Positions 1-8,086 of a stretch of DNA of 15,550 nucleotides are shown here, piece after piece (position 1 is the stretch's first letter; the number at the start of each line of letters is the position of its first letter). Position numbers and translations under genes: made by a program. This DNA is from Fibrobacteria bacterium (GTDB taxonomy: Bacteria > Fibrobacterota > Chitinivibrionia > Chitinivibrionales > FEN-1185): positions 1 through 15,550 of the forward strand of contig JBBIGR010000037.1 of NCBI GenBank assembly GCA_037447435.1, read 5' to 3'. Under the pieces are notes generated by a model. That model was not told where the DNA came from. It saw only the letters and a list, made by a program, of their open reading frames with translations, and did not search any database.

Positions 1-28
1 CACAATACACACAATTAAAAACAAAAAA

Positions 29-53
29 CTGTAAACATTTTTTAGGACTTGAC
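29..53. mobile_element. Putative terminal inverted repeat (end) of an insertion sequence, possibly IS3-family, abutting the truncated hyfB
   Basis: Seen: AT-rich 1-52 switches abruptly to hyfB-like coding sequence; there are in-frame stops at 32-34 (TAA) and 50-52 (TGA) directly upstream of mid-protein HyfB sequence. Inference from recall: CTGTAAACATTTTTTAGGACTTGAC resembles IS3-type ends (TGTAAAC..TTTTAGGAC..GAC), but it is followed by C rather than the canonical terminal CA. No transposase is visible in the window. Confidence 0.4.
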
Positions 54-61
54 CGCTTGGC

Positions 62-1102
62 ATGCCCGCCCTATCACTTGTCGGGCTGATTGCCGCGCTT
101 TTTCATACGTTAAATCACGCGACATTCAAGTCGCTCCTCTTTTTAAGCGCAGGATCGGTCATAAACGAAACTCATACGAGAAACATGGAAAAATACGGCG
201 GACTCATCAAACGCATGCCCCAAACGGCACTGTTTTTCCTCATCGGCTCGATGGCGATTTCCGCATTGCCGCCGTTCAACGGTTTTTTCAGCGAATGGCT
301 CACGTTTCAATCGCTTTTTAAAGGCATTTCAGTGCTGGACTTTTCGGCAAAATGGGTTTTTGTCGCCTCAGCGGGAGCGCTCGCATTTACCGGCGGACTC
401 GCGCTCACCTGTTTTGTCAAGGCGTTCGGCGCGACGTTTTTGGCGCGTCCCCGCAGCACCGATGCGCAAAACGCAAAAGAATCCCCCGTTTCATTGCAAA
501 TAGGAATGGCTGCGTTGGCCGCATTGTCGCTTCTCTTCGGACTCTTCAGCGGATTTATGACCGCGATGCTCAACGGCGTGGCGCGCGATATTCCAATCCT
601 TCACGAATCGCCGGCTCTTTTTTCCGCATCGCCGTTGAAAGGGATCGGCATAGGCAATTTTTCCTCGGTGTCGGCATTTTCCCTGGGCCTGTCGTTCATA
701 GCGGCTTTCGGCGTCATCGTATTTGTCATAAAACGGCTTGTCAACAAACAACAGAAAATCGTCGTGGGCGCCACGTGGGATTGCGGAGCCGATCTGACGC
801 CGCGGATGGAAATAACCTCGACCGGATTTGCCCGGTCCATCATCACTATTTTCAAAGGCGTCCTCAAGCCGAGCATTCAGCACGAAACCGAATACCATGA
901 TGCGGAAAGCAGGTATTTGCCGAAATCAAGAATGATAACCCTGAGCGTCAAAGACCTTCACCTGTCGTATCTGTACAAGCCGCTAAACAAGGTCGTTGCG
1001 GCACTGTCGGTGCGGGCCAAAGCCATTCAAAGCGGAAACATAAACGCTTATATCCTCTATATTTTCATCGCCTTATTGGGCGCATTAACCCTGGTAAAGT
1101 AA
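62..1102 (+). CDS. hyfB: Hydrogenase-4 component B-like (HyfB; NuoL/MrpA-type proton-translocating membrane subunit), C-terminal half only; 5'-truncated, probable pseudogene fragment
   Basis: Motifs AALFHTLNHATFKSLLF, GGLIKRMP, LPPFNGFFSEW, CFVKAFG..FL..PR, TWDCG and IQSGNINAYILY align with roughly the second half of the full-length 663-aa HyfB at 10505-12496. The frame is closed upstream by TGA 50-52. Confidence 0.85.
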   Translation: MPALSLVGLIAALFHTLNHATFKSLLFLSAGSVINETHTRNMEKYGGLIKRMPQTALFFLIGSMAISALPPFNGFFSEWLTFQSLFKGISVLDFSAKWVFVASAGALAFTGGLALTCFVKAFGATFLARPRSTDAQNAKESPVSLQIGMAALAALSLLFGLFSGFMTAMLNGVARDIPILHESPALFSASPLKGIGIGNFSSVSAFSLGLSFIAAFGVIVFVIKRLVNKQQKIVVGATWDCGADLTPRMEITSTGFARSIITIFKGVLKPSIQHETEYHDAESRYLPKSRMITLSVKDLHLSYLYKPLNKVVAALSVRAKAIQSGNINAYILYIFIALLGALTLVK

Positions 1103-1105
1103 CCG

Positions 1106-2038
1106 ATGCATTTCTTCGTTGTCATTTTACAAATTTTAATCGTGCCTGCCGCGTCCCCGCTGGGAATCGGCATAATAAAAAAGATAAAGGCGAGGTTGCA
1201 GAACCGTCAGGGCGCTCCTGTTTTTCAACCGTATAAGAATTTATGGAAACTTCTTAACAAAGATGAGGTCCATAGCGCCGACGCGTCTTGGATTTTCAAA
1301 TTCGCCCCGTACGTCGTCTTTACGGTTACGCTTGTCATCGGCGCCTGCATTCCGATCATCGCCGCATTCCCCCGGCATGCGATACCGGCCGATATGCTCG
1401 TCGTCGTTTACACGCTCGCCATCGGTACGTTTTTCCTGGCGCTTGCCGGAATGGACACCGGCAGCGCCTTCGGAGGATTTGGCGCAAGCAGGGAAATGAC
1501 ATTGTCCGCGCTTGCCGAAGGCGGGTTTGTTTTTTCGCTGCTCACTCTTGCGCTCATTTGTAAAACCACCGATCTTTTCGGAATTTCATCCGCAATAATG
1601 ACCGGGTACAGCAGCTCGTTTTTGCCCATACTTCTCGCTTTTTCGGGATTTTTCATCGTCCTGTTGTCCGAAACCACCCGTTTTCCGTTCGATAACCCTT
1701 CCACACACCTTGAATTGACCATGATACATGAGGCAATGATCGTCGAATACAGCGGGAAAAGCCTGGCACTTATGGAATGGACGTCTGCCAACAAACTCAT
1801 GATTTTCGTCGTGCTCGGCGCGAATTTGTTTTTCCCCTGGGGAATCGCGACCAACGCCTCGATCGGTTCCATTCTCATCGGCATCGCAGCGTTTTGCGCA
1901 AAAGCGCTCGTTTTTTACACCGCAATCGCGCTTGTCGAATCGAGCATTGCAAAATTCAGGTTTTTCCGGTTGCCGGACTTATTGCTGATTTCGTTCATCC
2001 TTAACGTGATTGCGATCGGGATGGTAAAATTAGTATGA
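1106..2038 (+). CDS. hyfC: HyfC/HycD-like membrane subunit (NuoH / respiratory-chain NADH dehydrogenase subunit 1 family), 310 aa
   Basis: KARLQNRQGAPVFQPY, DTGSAFGGFGASRE and RFPFDNPSTHLELTMIHEAM motifs; multiple hydrophobic segments; starts 3 nt after the hyfB stop. Confidence 0.93.
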   Translation: MHFFVVILQILIVPAASPLGIGIIKKIKARLQNRQGAPVFQPYKNLWKLLNKDEVHSADASWIFKFAPYVVFTVTLVIGACIPIIAAFPRHAIPADMLVVVYTLAIGTFFLALAGMDTGSAFGGFGASREMTLSALAEGGFVFSLLTLALICKTTDLFGISSAIMTGYSSSFLPILLAFSGFFIVLLSETTRFPFDNPSTHLELTMIHEAMIVEYSGKSLALMEWTSANKLMIFVVLGANLFFPWGIATNASIGSILIGIAAFCAKALVFYTAIALVESSIAKFRFFRLPDLLLISFILNVIAIGMVKLV

Positions 2039-2682
2039 ATATGGCCCTGTCCCATTTTTTAGTGACGCTCATTTTCCTTACCATTGTGTTTTTACATATC
2101 GCAAAGAAAAATTTCATGGTTGCGATTGCATACGGCATTCAATCGCTTGCCATAGTGCTATTGCTTGGCGAATCCTATATGGTGACCAAAGCCCCGACAT
2201 TCCTTCTCATTGCCTTGCTCGGTCTCATCGTCAAGGTGATTTTGGCCCCTATTTTCATCATCCATCAAATAAAAAAGCACAACCTGAAGTTTTTAGTGAG
2301 CACCTATGCAAACCTGCCGATCACTCTCATCGCGGTTGCGATATTAACGGCAATCGGGCATTCCCATATTTTTTATCCGCTTGTCACTCTGATTCCGGCG
2401 AACAAGGAAATTTTGTCCATTGCGCTTTCCGCATTATTGATATCCGTTTTCGTGATTATAAACCGTAAAGGCGCGATTTCGCAAATCGTCGGCATACTTT
2501 CGCTCGAAAACTGCATTGTGGCTTTCGGTTTATTTTCAGTAATAGACCAGTCGCTTATTCTGGAAATCGGCATCGTCTTTTCCATTTCCATTTGGATCGT
2601 GATCGCGACCGTCTTCATTTCAATGATTTACAAACATTTCGGATCGCTCGATGTCACAAAAATGAAACACCTAAAAGACTGA
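2035..2682 (+). CDS. hyfE: HyfE-like membrane subunit (NuoK-like C-terminal part), 215 aa
   Basis: Very hydrophobic; ISQIVGILSLENCI and LEIGIVF motifs; ATGA overlap with hyfC; position between hyfC and hyfF. Confidence 0.88.
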   Translation: MNMALSHFLVTLIFLTIVFLHIAKKNFMVAIAYGIQSLAIVLLLGESYMVTKAPTFLLIALLGLIVKVILAPIFIIHQIKKHNLKFLVSTYANLPITLIAVAILTAIGHSHIFYPLVTLIPANKEILSIALSALLISVFVIINRKGAISQIVGILSLENCIVAFGLFSVIDQSLILEIGIVFSISIWIVIATVFISMIYKHFGSLDVTKMKHLKD

Positions 2683-2688
2683 TATACC

Positions 2689-4131
2689 ATGGAACTTGTC
2701 ATAATAATAATTTCGCTTCTTGCCGCCGCCGCAGTTTCCCTGATCGCAAAACAGCGGCTCGTCATCGAACTGCTGTCCGTTGCGGCCTCGCTTATTACCG
2801 TGGTCTGTTCCGCAACGGCTGCGTATACGGTTTCAAAAACCGGACCTTTTTGTTTCCATGTCTTTATCAATGTGGATGCGCTCGGCGCCATCATCATGCT
2901 CATTATTTCCGTTGTCGGCCTGGCGACAACGGCCTATTCGGTCGGCTATCTGCGCGAGGAAACGGCAAAAGGAATAATCGGAATACCCAAAGTCAGGCAA
3001 TTCTACGTTTTGCTGAACCTTTTTCTGCTTGCCATGTTTTTCGCGGTAACCTCCAGCAACCCGATTTTCACCTGGATTTCCATAGAAGCGACGACCCTGT
3101 CCACGGCTTTCCTCATCAGTTTTTACAATAAGCCCAACGCCATAGAAGCGGCGTGGAAATACCTTATCATCAATTCCATCGGCCTCCTGCTGGGTTTTTT
3201 CGGGACATTGCTTTTCTTCACCTCCATGATAGGCGCAAAGGACGGCGGATTTACAACATGGAACACGTTGTTGCTCCATGCGTCCCATTTCGACCCGACA
3301 ATCGCCAGAATCGCATTTGTCTTTGTTCTCATCGGCTACGGGACCAAAGTCGGGCTCGCCCCCATGCACACCTGGCTTCCCGACGCCCACAGCAAAGCAC
3401 CGGTACCCATCAGCGCATTGCTTTCAGGCGTTCTTTTGAATGTGGCGTTTATCGCGATAATCAGGTTCAAGGTCATTGCCGACGCCTCGATCGGCGAAGC
3501 TTTTTCGCAAAAGCTTTTGATCGCGTTCGGCCTGTTCTCAATACTCATCGCCGCGCTGATTATCGTCACGCAAAAAAATTACAAACGGTTGCTTGCCTAT
3601 TCGAGCATAGAAAACATGGGTATCGCGGCGCTCGGTTTCGGCATAGGCGGACTGGGCGTTTTTGCGGCACTGCTCCACATGATTTATCACTCCCTTCTCA
3701 AATCGGCACTGTTCTTAACAGCAGGGAATGTTTTTTTGAAGTACAGCTCGACCAAAATTGCCGATGTGCGCGGTTTGATAACCGTCGTGCCCGCAACCGG
3801 CGTCTTGTTTCTCATCGGTTTGTTCGCGATAACCGGCACGCCGCCGAGCGGAATGTTTTTTACCAAACTGTTTATCCTGACCGCGGGAATCCAAAAGCAC
3901 CCGGTCGTGACCATTGCCGCGATATTCCTGGTCGCATTGCTTTTTGTCGGGTTCCTCAAACATGCCGTGGCCATGACTTTCGGGGCAAAGCCCCCAACCG
4001 TTACCATTGGAGAAAAAAAGGAACTCCTTGTTTTCGCGCCCATGTCGCTTATCGCCGTCGCGGTGTACTTGAGTTTTCATATACCGTTATTTCTCAAAAC
4101 GCTTATAACCCAGGCTGCGGCGCATCATTAA
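2689..4131 (+). CDS. hyfF: HyfF-like antiporter-type membrane subunit (NuoM/N, MrpD family), 480 aa
   Basis: WISIEATTL, EAAWKY, GYGTKVGLAPMHTWLPDAHSKAP and KRLLAYSSIENMG motifs. Confidence 0.93.
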   Translation: MELVIIIISLLAAAAVSLIAKQRLVIELLSVAASLITVVCSATAAYTVSKTGPFCFHVFINVDALGAIIMLIISVVGLATTAYSVGYLREETAKGIIGIPKVRQFYVLLNLFLLAMFFAVTSSNPIFTWISIEATTLSTAFLISFYNKPNAIEAAWKYLIINSIGLLLGFFGTLLFFTSMIGAKDGGFTTWNTLLLHASHFDPTIARIAFVFVLIGYGTKVGLAPMHTWLPDAHSKAPVPISALLSGVLLNVAFIAIIRFKVIADASIGEAFSQKLLIAFGLFSILIAALIIVTQKNYKRLLAYSSIENMGIAALGFGIGGLGVFAALLHMIYHSLLKSALFLTAGNVFLKYSSTKIADVRGLITVVPATGVLFLIGLFAITGTPPSGMFFTKLFILTAGIQKHPVVTIAAIFLVALLFVGFLKHAVAMTFGAKPPTVTIGEKKELLVFAPMSLIAVAVYLSFHIPLFLKTLITQAAAHH

Positions 4132-4133
4132 TT

Positions 4134-5711
4134 ATGAATACAATACAAGATAAAGCGATCCCGTATCTGCACGAAAATGCCCGTGCCGAATTTTTCGGAA
4201 ATGCGGCAGTATTCGAAATATCGCCCTCGGATATCGGCAAATACGCCTTCAATCTGCTTAAAAACAAAAATTGTACGTTAAAACTTATCACCGCAACCGA
4301 TGAACGCCGGTCGCAGCAATGCTTCAAAATCTGGTATGTCTTCGGCGCGCCGCAAGACAATATTTTCATCGTCCCCTATATCAAGTTGAAAAACACATTC
4401 GAATTTCCATCGATTACGCCGTCTATTCATCAGGCATGGAACCACGAAAAGAAACTATGGGCATTGTTCGGGTTAAAACCAATAAATCATCCTGATCCGC
4501 GAACCATAATTCTCCACGAAAACTGGCCTGCGGATGCGTACCCGCTGAGAAAAGACTTTAATTGGGACTATCGCCCCGATGACGCGCACGGTTCGTATCA
4601 TTTTCAAAGGATCAAGGGCGAATCGATTTACGAAATCCCCGTCGGCCCTGTGCATGCGGGCATAATCGAACCCGGGCATTTCCGCTTCAGCGTTGCCGGA
4701 GAGGAAATCATGCTCCTTGAGCCGCGTCTCGGCTTTACGCATAAGGGGACCGAAAAGTTGTTCGAACGTCTGTCTTTACACGATACAATCCGCCTTTCCG
4801 AAAAAATATCGGGCGACAGTTCCTTTACGCATTCGCTGGCGTTTTGCATGACTTTGGAGCAATTGGGCGATATCGCCGTCCCGGCCCGGGCGTCGTATTT
4901 ACGATTGATTTATGGCGAGTTGGAACGGGTGGCCAATCATTTCGGCGATATCGGCGCCATCATGCTCGACACCGGGTTCAATTTCGGCGGCAGCCACGGC
5001 GCGCGTCTGCGGGAAATGATCATGCAAATCAACGAGCGAATCACCGGCAGCAGGTTCTTACGCGGGGTCAACAATTGCGGCGGCGTTACCAAAGACATCC
5101 GACCTTCCGAAGCCGAAGCCTTGTGGCAGGAGCTTGGAATAATTGCCAGGGATTTTTCCGGTATTATCGAAGCCGCAGGAAACAGCGCATCGCTTTTGAA
5201 TAGACTGAAAAGCACCGGCATACTTTCCCGCGACGTTGCAAAAGACCATGGCGTTGTGGGAATTGCGGCACGGGCGGTCGAAATTCCGATGGACGCACGG
5301 ATCGATTTCCCCTACGCGGCATATAAGGAAATGGGGTTTATTAGCGCAGAAACCGAGGCCGGCGGCGACGTGTATGCCCGATTCGGCGTGCGGGTCAAAG
5401 AAGCCCTCTCCTCGATATCGCTTATCCGTAAATCATTACGCATTCTGCCGCAGGGCGACATTTGCGCGCACAATCACGACGCCCCCTTTCGCAAGAATGC
5501 CGTTGCGGTCAGTATTGTCGAGGGCTGGCGCGGCGATATCGTGTATTTCATCACCACCGATGCCGACGGCAACCTCAGCCGCGTCGCGCCCCGCGACCCC
5601 TCTTTTATCAATTGGCCCCTTCTCGAACACGCGGCAAAAGGAAACATCGTGCCCGATTTCCCGCTCATCAATAAAAGCTTCAACTTGTCGTATTCGGGCA
5701 ACGATTTGTGA
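4134..5711 (+). CDS. hyfG: HyfG/HycE-like fused NuoC-NuoD large subunit without Ni-Fe ligands (EhrL type), 525 aa
   Basis: True start taken as ATG 4134, 2 nt after the hyfF stop; the ORF-track start 3153 lies inside hyfF. NuoC-like HPDPR..LHENWP...YPLRKDF; NuoD-like EIPVGPVHAGIIEPGHFRF, HKGTEK, ELERVANH, VEGWRG and RDPSFINW. The L1 site reads EKISGDSS and the L2 site NKSFNLSYSGNDL, neither with Cys. Confidence 0.92.
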   Translation: MNTIQDKAIPYLHENARAEFFGNAAVFEISPSDIGKYAFNLLKNKNCTLKLITATDERRSQQCFKIWYVFGAPQDNIFIVPYIKLKNTFEFPSITPSIHQAWNHEKKLWALFGLKPINHPDPRTIILHENWPADAYPLRKDFNWDYRPDDAHGSYHFQRIKGESIYEIPVGPVHAGIIEPGHFRFSVAGEEIMLLEPRLGFTHKGTEKLFERLSLHDTIRLSEKISGDSSFTHSLAFCMTLEQLGDIAVPARASYLRLIYGELERVANHFGDIGAIMLDTGFNFGGSHGARLREMIMQINERITGSRFLRGVNNCGGVTKDIRPSEAEALWQELGIIARDFSGIIEAAGNSASLLNRLKSTGILSRDVAKDHGVVGIAARAVEIPMDARIDFPYAAYKEMGFISAETEAGGDVYARFGVRVKEALSSISLIRKSLRILPQGDICAHNHDAPFRKNAVAVSIVEGWRGDIVYFITTDADGNLSRVAPRDPSFINWPLLEHAAKGNIVPDFPLINKSFNLSYSGNDL

Positions 5712-5801
5712 TGTATCGCTTTCATTCCGCCATAGCAACCGTCCGCCAATAGGTTCGAGATAACTTTTTTGATACACGAAGGATTATGCGAGGACTGGAA
5801 C

Positions 5802-6200
5802 TCAAATCCAGTTTTCAATGTTCAGATTTGGAACTCTTTTAAATTCTTTTGAATGATTCGTGACTATAATTAAATCGAGCGAAAGTGCATGCGCTGCGAT
5901 CATCAGATCGTATTCACCGATCGGAGTACCTTTTTTCTCTAAAATGGCACGGATTTTACCCAGTTCAATGGCGGCTTTTTCATCAAAGGGCAACACTTCT
6001 ACAGGCGCTAAAAATTCGGCAAGTGCCAAGCTGTTTTGAGCCTTACGTTCGCTCTTTTGAACCCCATATTCCAGTTCGGCGAGCGATATTGAAGACAGAC
6101 AAACATCCGAAATGTTTTTCTTTTTCAAAGTATTTAGAACATGAATCGGATGTTTTTTTATAATGTAAATACATATATTAGTATCAAGCATGTATTTCAT
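5802..6200 (-). CDS. vapC: VapC PIN-domain ribonuclease toxin, 132 aa
   Basis: YMLDTNICIY, ISLAELEYG, PIGEYDLMIAAHA, IVTN...EFKRVPNLNIENW; start overlaps the antitoxin stop by 1 nt (TAATG). Confidence 0.95.
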   Translation of the reverse strand: MKYMLDTNICIYIIKKHPIHVLNTLKKKNISDVCLSSISLAELEYGVQKSERKAQNSLALAEFLAPVEVLPFDEKAAIELGKIRAILEKKGTPIGEYDLMIAAHALSLDLIIVTNHSKEFKRVPNLNIENWI

Positions 6201-6427
6201 TAAAAGGAAAGCCTTTTCTGAGTTTTAGGAACCGGACGGGATTCCATAAAATCATCAGAGAATTTGTCAAGGCTGTTAATCAGTGCGGCCCACGGATCCT
6301 TTTTAGGGATAAGCATGATTATGTTATCAAATTTTTTAATAAAAACATCCTCGGCATCGAACCGGTATTCCTTGGGCAATCTCACCGCTTGGCTTCGGCC
6401 GTTTGAAAATAATTGGGCTGTTTTCAT
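6200..6427 (-). CDS. vapB: VapB (VagC/AbrB-fold) antitoxin, 75 aa
   Basis: MKTAQLFSNGRSQAVRLPKEYRF N-terminus and FSDDFM..R C-terminal motif; strong SD AAGGAGG (6434-6440, - strand). Confidence 0.95.
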   Translation of the reverse strand: MKTAQLFSNGRSQAVRLPKEYRFDAEDVFIKKFDNIIMLIPKKDPWAALINSLDKFSDDFMESRPVPKTQKRLSF

Positions 6428-6433
6428 GTTGGA

Positions 6434-6483
6434 CCTCCTTGGACTATACCATGATATATACTATTTCCTAGAAACGAAATCAA
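6434..6483 (-). promoter_or_regulatory. Putative sigma70 promoter, operator and RBS of vapBC
   Basis: On the - strand: TTGATT (6483-6478), 17-nt spacer, TATATA (6460-6455). An imperfect palindrome TATACCATGATATA (6445-6458) overlaps the -10/+1 region. SD AAGGAGG lies 6 nt before the ATG. Confidence 0.6.
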
Positions 6484-6542
6484 GCAAAGGAAGATGAATC
6501 GGCTTTGACCCTGTTGGCAATAACCGTAACCAGGAAAAAACA

Positions 6543-7535
6543 ATGACACTTCTACGATGGGGAATTTTAGGCGCTGCGCGCATCAACCGCAAAGTGATTC
6601 CCGCACTTACAAGTTCGAAGCGGCAATGCGTGCATGCAATAGCCAGTCGTACGCTCGCAAAAGCGCAGGCCGAAGCCGAAAAATATGCGATCCCCCATGT
6701 CCGCGTTTATGAGGGGTACGAACGGCTGCTTGCCGACCCAGACATCGACATTGTTTACATTCCCCTTCCCAATTCTCTTCATGCGGAGTGGACGCTCAAG
6801 GCCATAGGCGCTAAAAAGCATGTCTTATGCGAAAAGCCGATGACGATTTCGCTCAAGGAAGCCGACGAAATCGCCGCTGCGGCAAAAGAAGCGGGTGTTA
6901 TTGTCTGTGAAGCTTTAATGTACCGGTATCACCCCGCCATAGCCGCGGTCAGGCAATTGATTCGCGATAACGGTATCGGCCGCGTGCGATTGATACGCGG
7001 CACGTTCAGGCTGACGCTGGACCGTCCCGGCGACGCGCGGTACGATCCGTCCATGGGAGGCGGATGTTTGTGGGATGTCGGGTGTTACCCCGTGAGCTAC
7101 GCGCGATTCCTTCTTGAAAAGGAACCGCTCGACGCTTTCGGCTGGGCGGATATCGGCCCCACGGGAGTCGATGAAACCTTCGCGGGCCAACTTCGTTTTC
7201 CCGACGGTGAAGTTTTGCAATTCGATTGCGGATTTAGGGCACCGTATAAAACGGAAATGGAAATAATCGGCAGCACCGGCACAATCCGCCTTCCGCTGCC
7301 CTACCGACCCGGCCCGACAACCACCTTCGAATTATCGCGCGACCAAAAAGACCTCGAACGTATCACCGTCGAAGGCACTCTCGAGCCGTTCGAGACAACA
7401 GAGAATATGGCAGATGCAGTCCTCGGCATATCCCTTCCCAAAGTTTCCCTCGCCGACAGCCGCGGAAACTGCGCAGCGCTTGTTGCGCTTTTGCAATCGG
7501 CGAAAGAGGGAAAGCCCGTTATCATTACAGACTAG
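6543..7535 (+). CDS. Gfo/Idh/MocA family NAD(P)-dependent oxidoreductase, 330 aa
   Basis: LRWGILGAARI Rossmann start, DIVYIPLPNSLHAEW, HVLCEKP and GGGCLWDVGCY motifs; AGGA upstream of the ATG. Confidence 0.93.
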   Translation: MTLLRWGILGAARINRKVIPALTSSKRQCVHAIASRTLAKAQAEAEKYAIPHVRVYEGYERLLADPDIDIVYIPLPNSLHAEWTLKAIGAKKHVLCEKPMTISLKEADEIAAAAKEAGVIVCEALMYRYHPAIAAVRQLIRDNGIGRVRLIRGTFRLTLDRPGDARYDPSMGGGCLWDVGCYPVSYARFLLEKEPLDAFGWADIGPTGVDETFAGQLRFPDGEVLQFDCGFRAPYKTEMEIIGSTGTIRLPLPYRPGPTTTFELSRDQKDLERITVEGTLEPFETTENMADAVLGISLPKVSLADSRGNCAALVALLQSAKEGKPVIITD

Positions 7536-7551
7536 AGCAAGGATATGAACC

Positions 7552-7995
7552 ATGATACGTGAAATGACCTCAGAAAAAAACGACATTTGCGGCCTGACGG
7601 CTTTAATGAACCAATGGGACGATCTTCCCCGGGAATTAACACAAGATATTATTCTTGGCACCATCACAAAAATCAAGCAAACCAATTTGAAGTCGGCGAT
7701 TTTTGTCGCTGAATCGGATTCGCAAATAATCGGTTACGCCTATCTTACCGAAGTATTTTTTCTAGGAATGGGAACATTCGTCGAATTACAGTCGATACTC
7801 GTTGACAAGCATCATCGTGGAAAAGGCATCGGCAAATCGTTGTTATCGCATTCCGAGCAATGGGCAAAAGATAACGGTTACGCTAAAATCATGTTGAGCT
7901 CGCGCGTACAATTGGAAACCGCGCATAAGCTTTATGCGAGTTTGGGCTATACAATTACCAAGCAATCCTATTTTTTCCAGAAATTATTGTACTAA
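7552..7995 (+). CDS. GNAT family N-acetyltransferase, 147 aa
   Basis: Acetyl-CoA motif A VDKHHRGKGIGKSLL; C-terminal AHKLYASLGY; AAGGA at 7539-7543 upstream of the ATG. Confidence 0.9.
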   Translation: MIREMTSEKNDICGLTALMNQWDDLPRELTQDIILGTITKIKQTNLKSAIFVAESDSQIIGYAYLTEVFFLGMGTFVELQSILVDKHHRGKGIGKSLLSHSEQWAKDNGYAKIMLSSRVQLETAHKLYASLGYTITKQSYFFQKLLY

Positions 7996-8086
7996 ACCGG
8001 AATCGTAAGATACCCTGCGACCGAGGTTTCCGAATCACCCCAAAAGAGTATGGGCAACAATGGTATTGTAGTATATTTACCATACT

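Noticed and set aside
3362..3386. Near-identical 25-nt stretch shared with about 14736-14760 (CCATGCAYACCTGGCTTCCCGACGC)
   Set aside because: Encodes the conserved PMHTWLPDA motif of both hyfF paralogues; protein constraint, not a DNA repeat.
3153..4133. 327-codon N-terminal extension of the large subunit (852-aa ORF) overlapping hyfF
   Set aside because: Arg/His-rich shadow translation of the -1 frame. Stops in that frame need a T-ending codon followed by an AA/AG/GA-starting codon, which is rare in hydrophobic membrane genes. The recognisable protein begins at ATG 4134.
5712..5801. Bidirectional terminator or small RNA between the large subunit and vapC
   Set aside because: Only short matches (CCGCCATAG/CCGCCAATAG; TGTATC...GATACA far apart); no GC stem followed by a U-tract.
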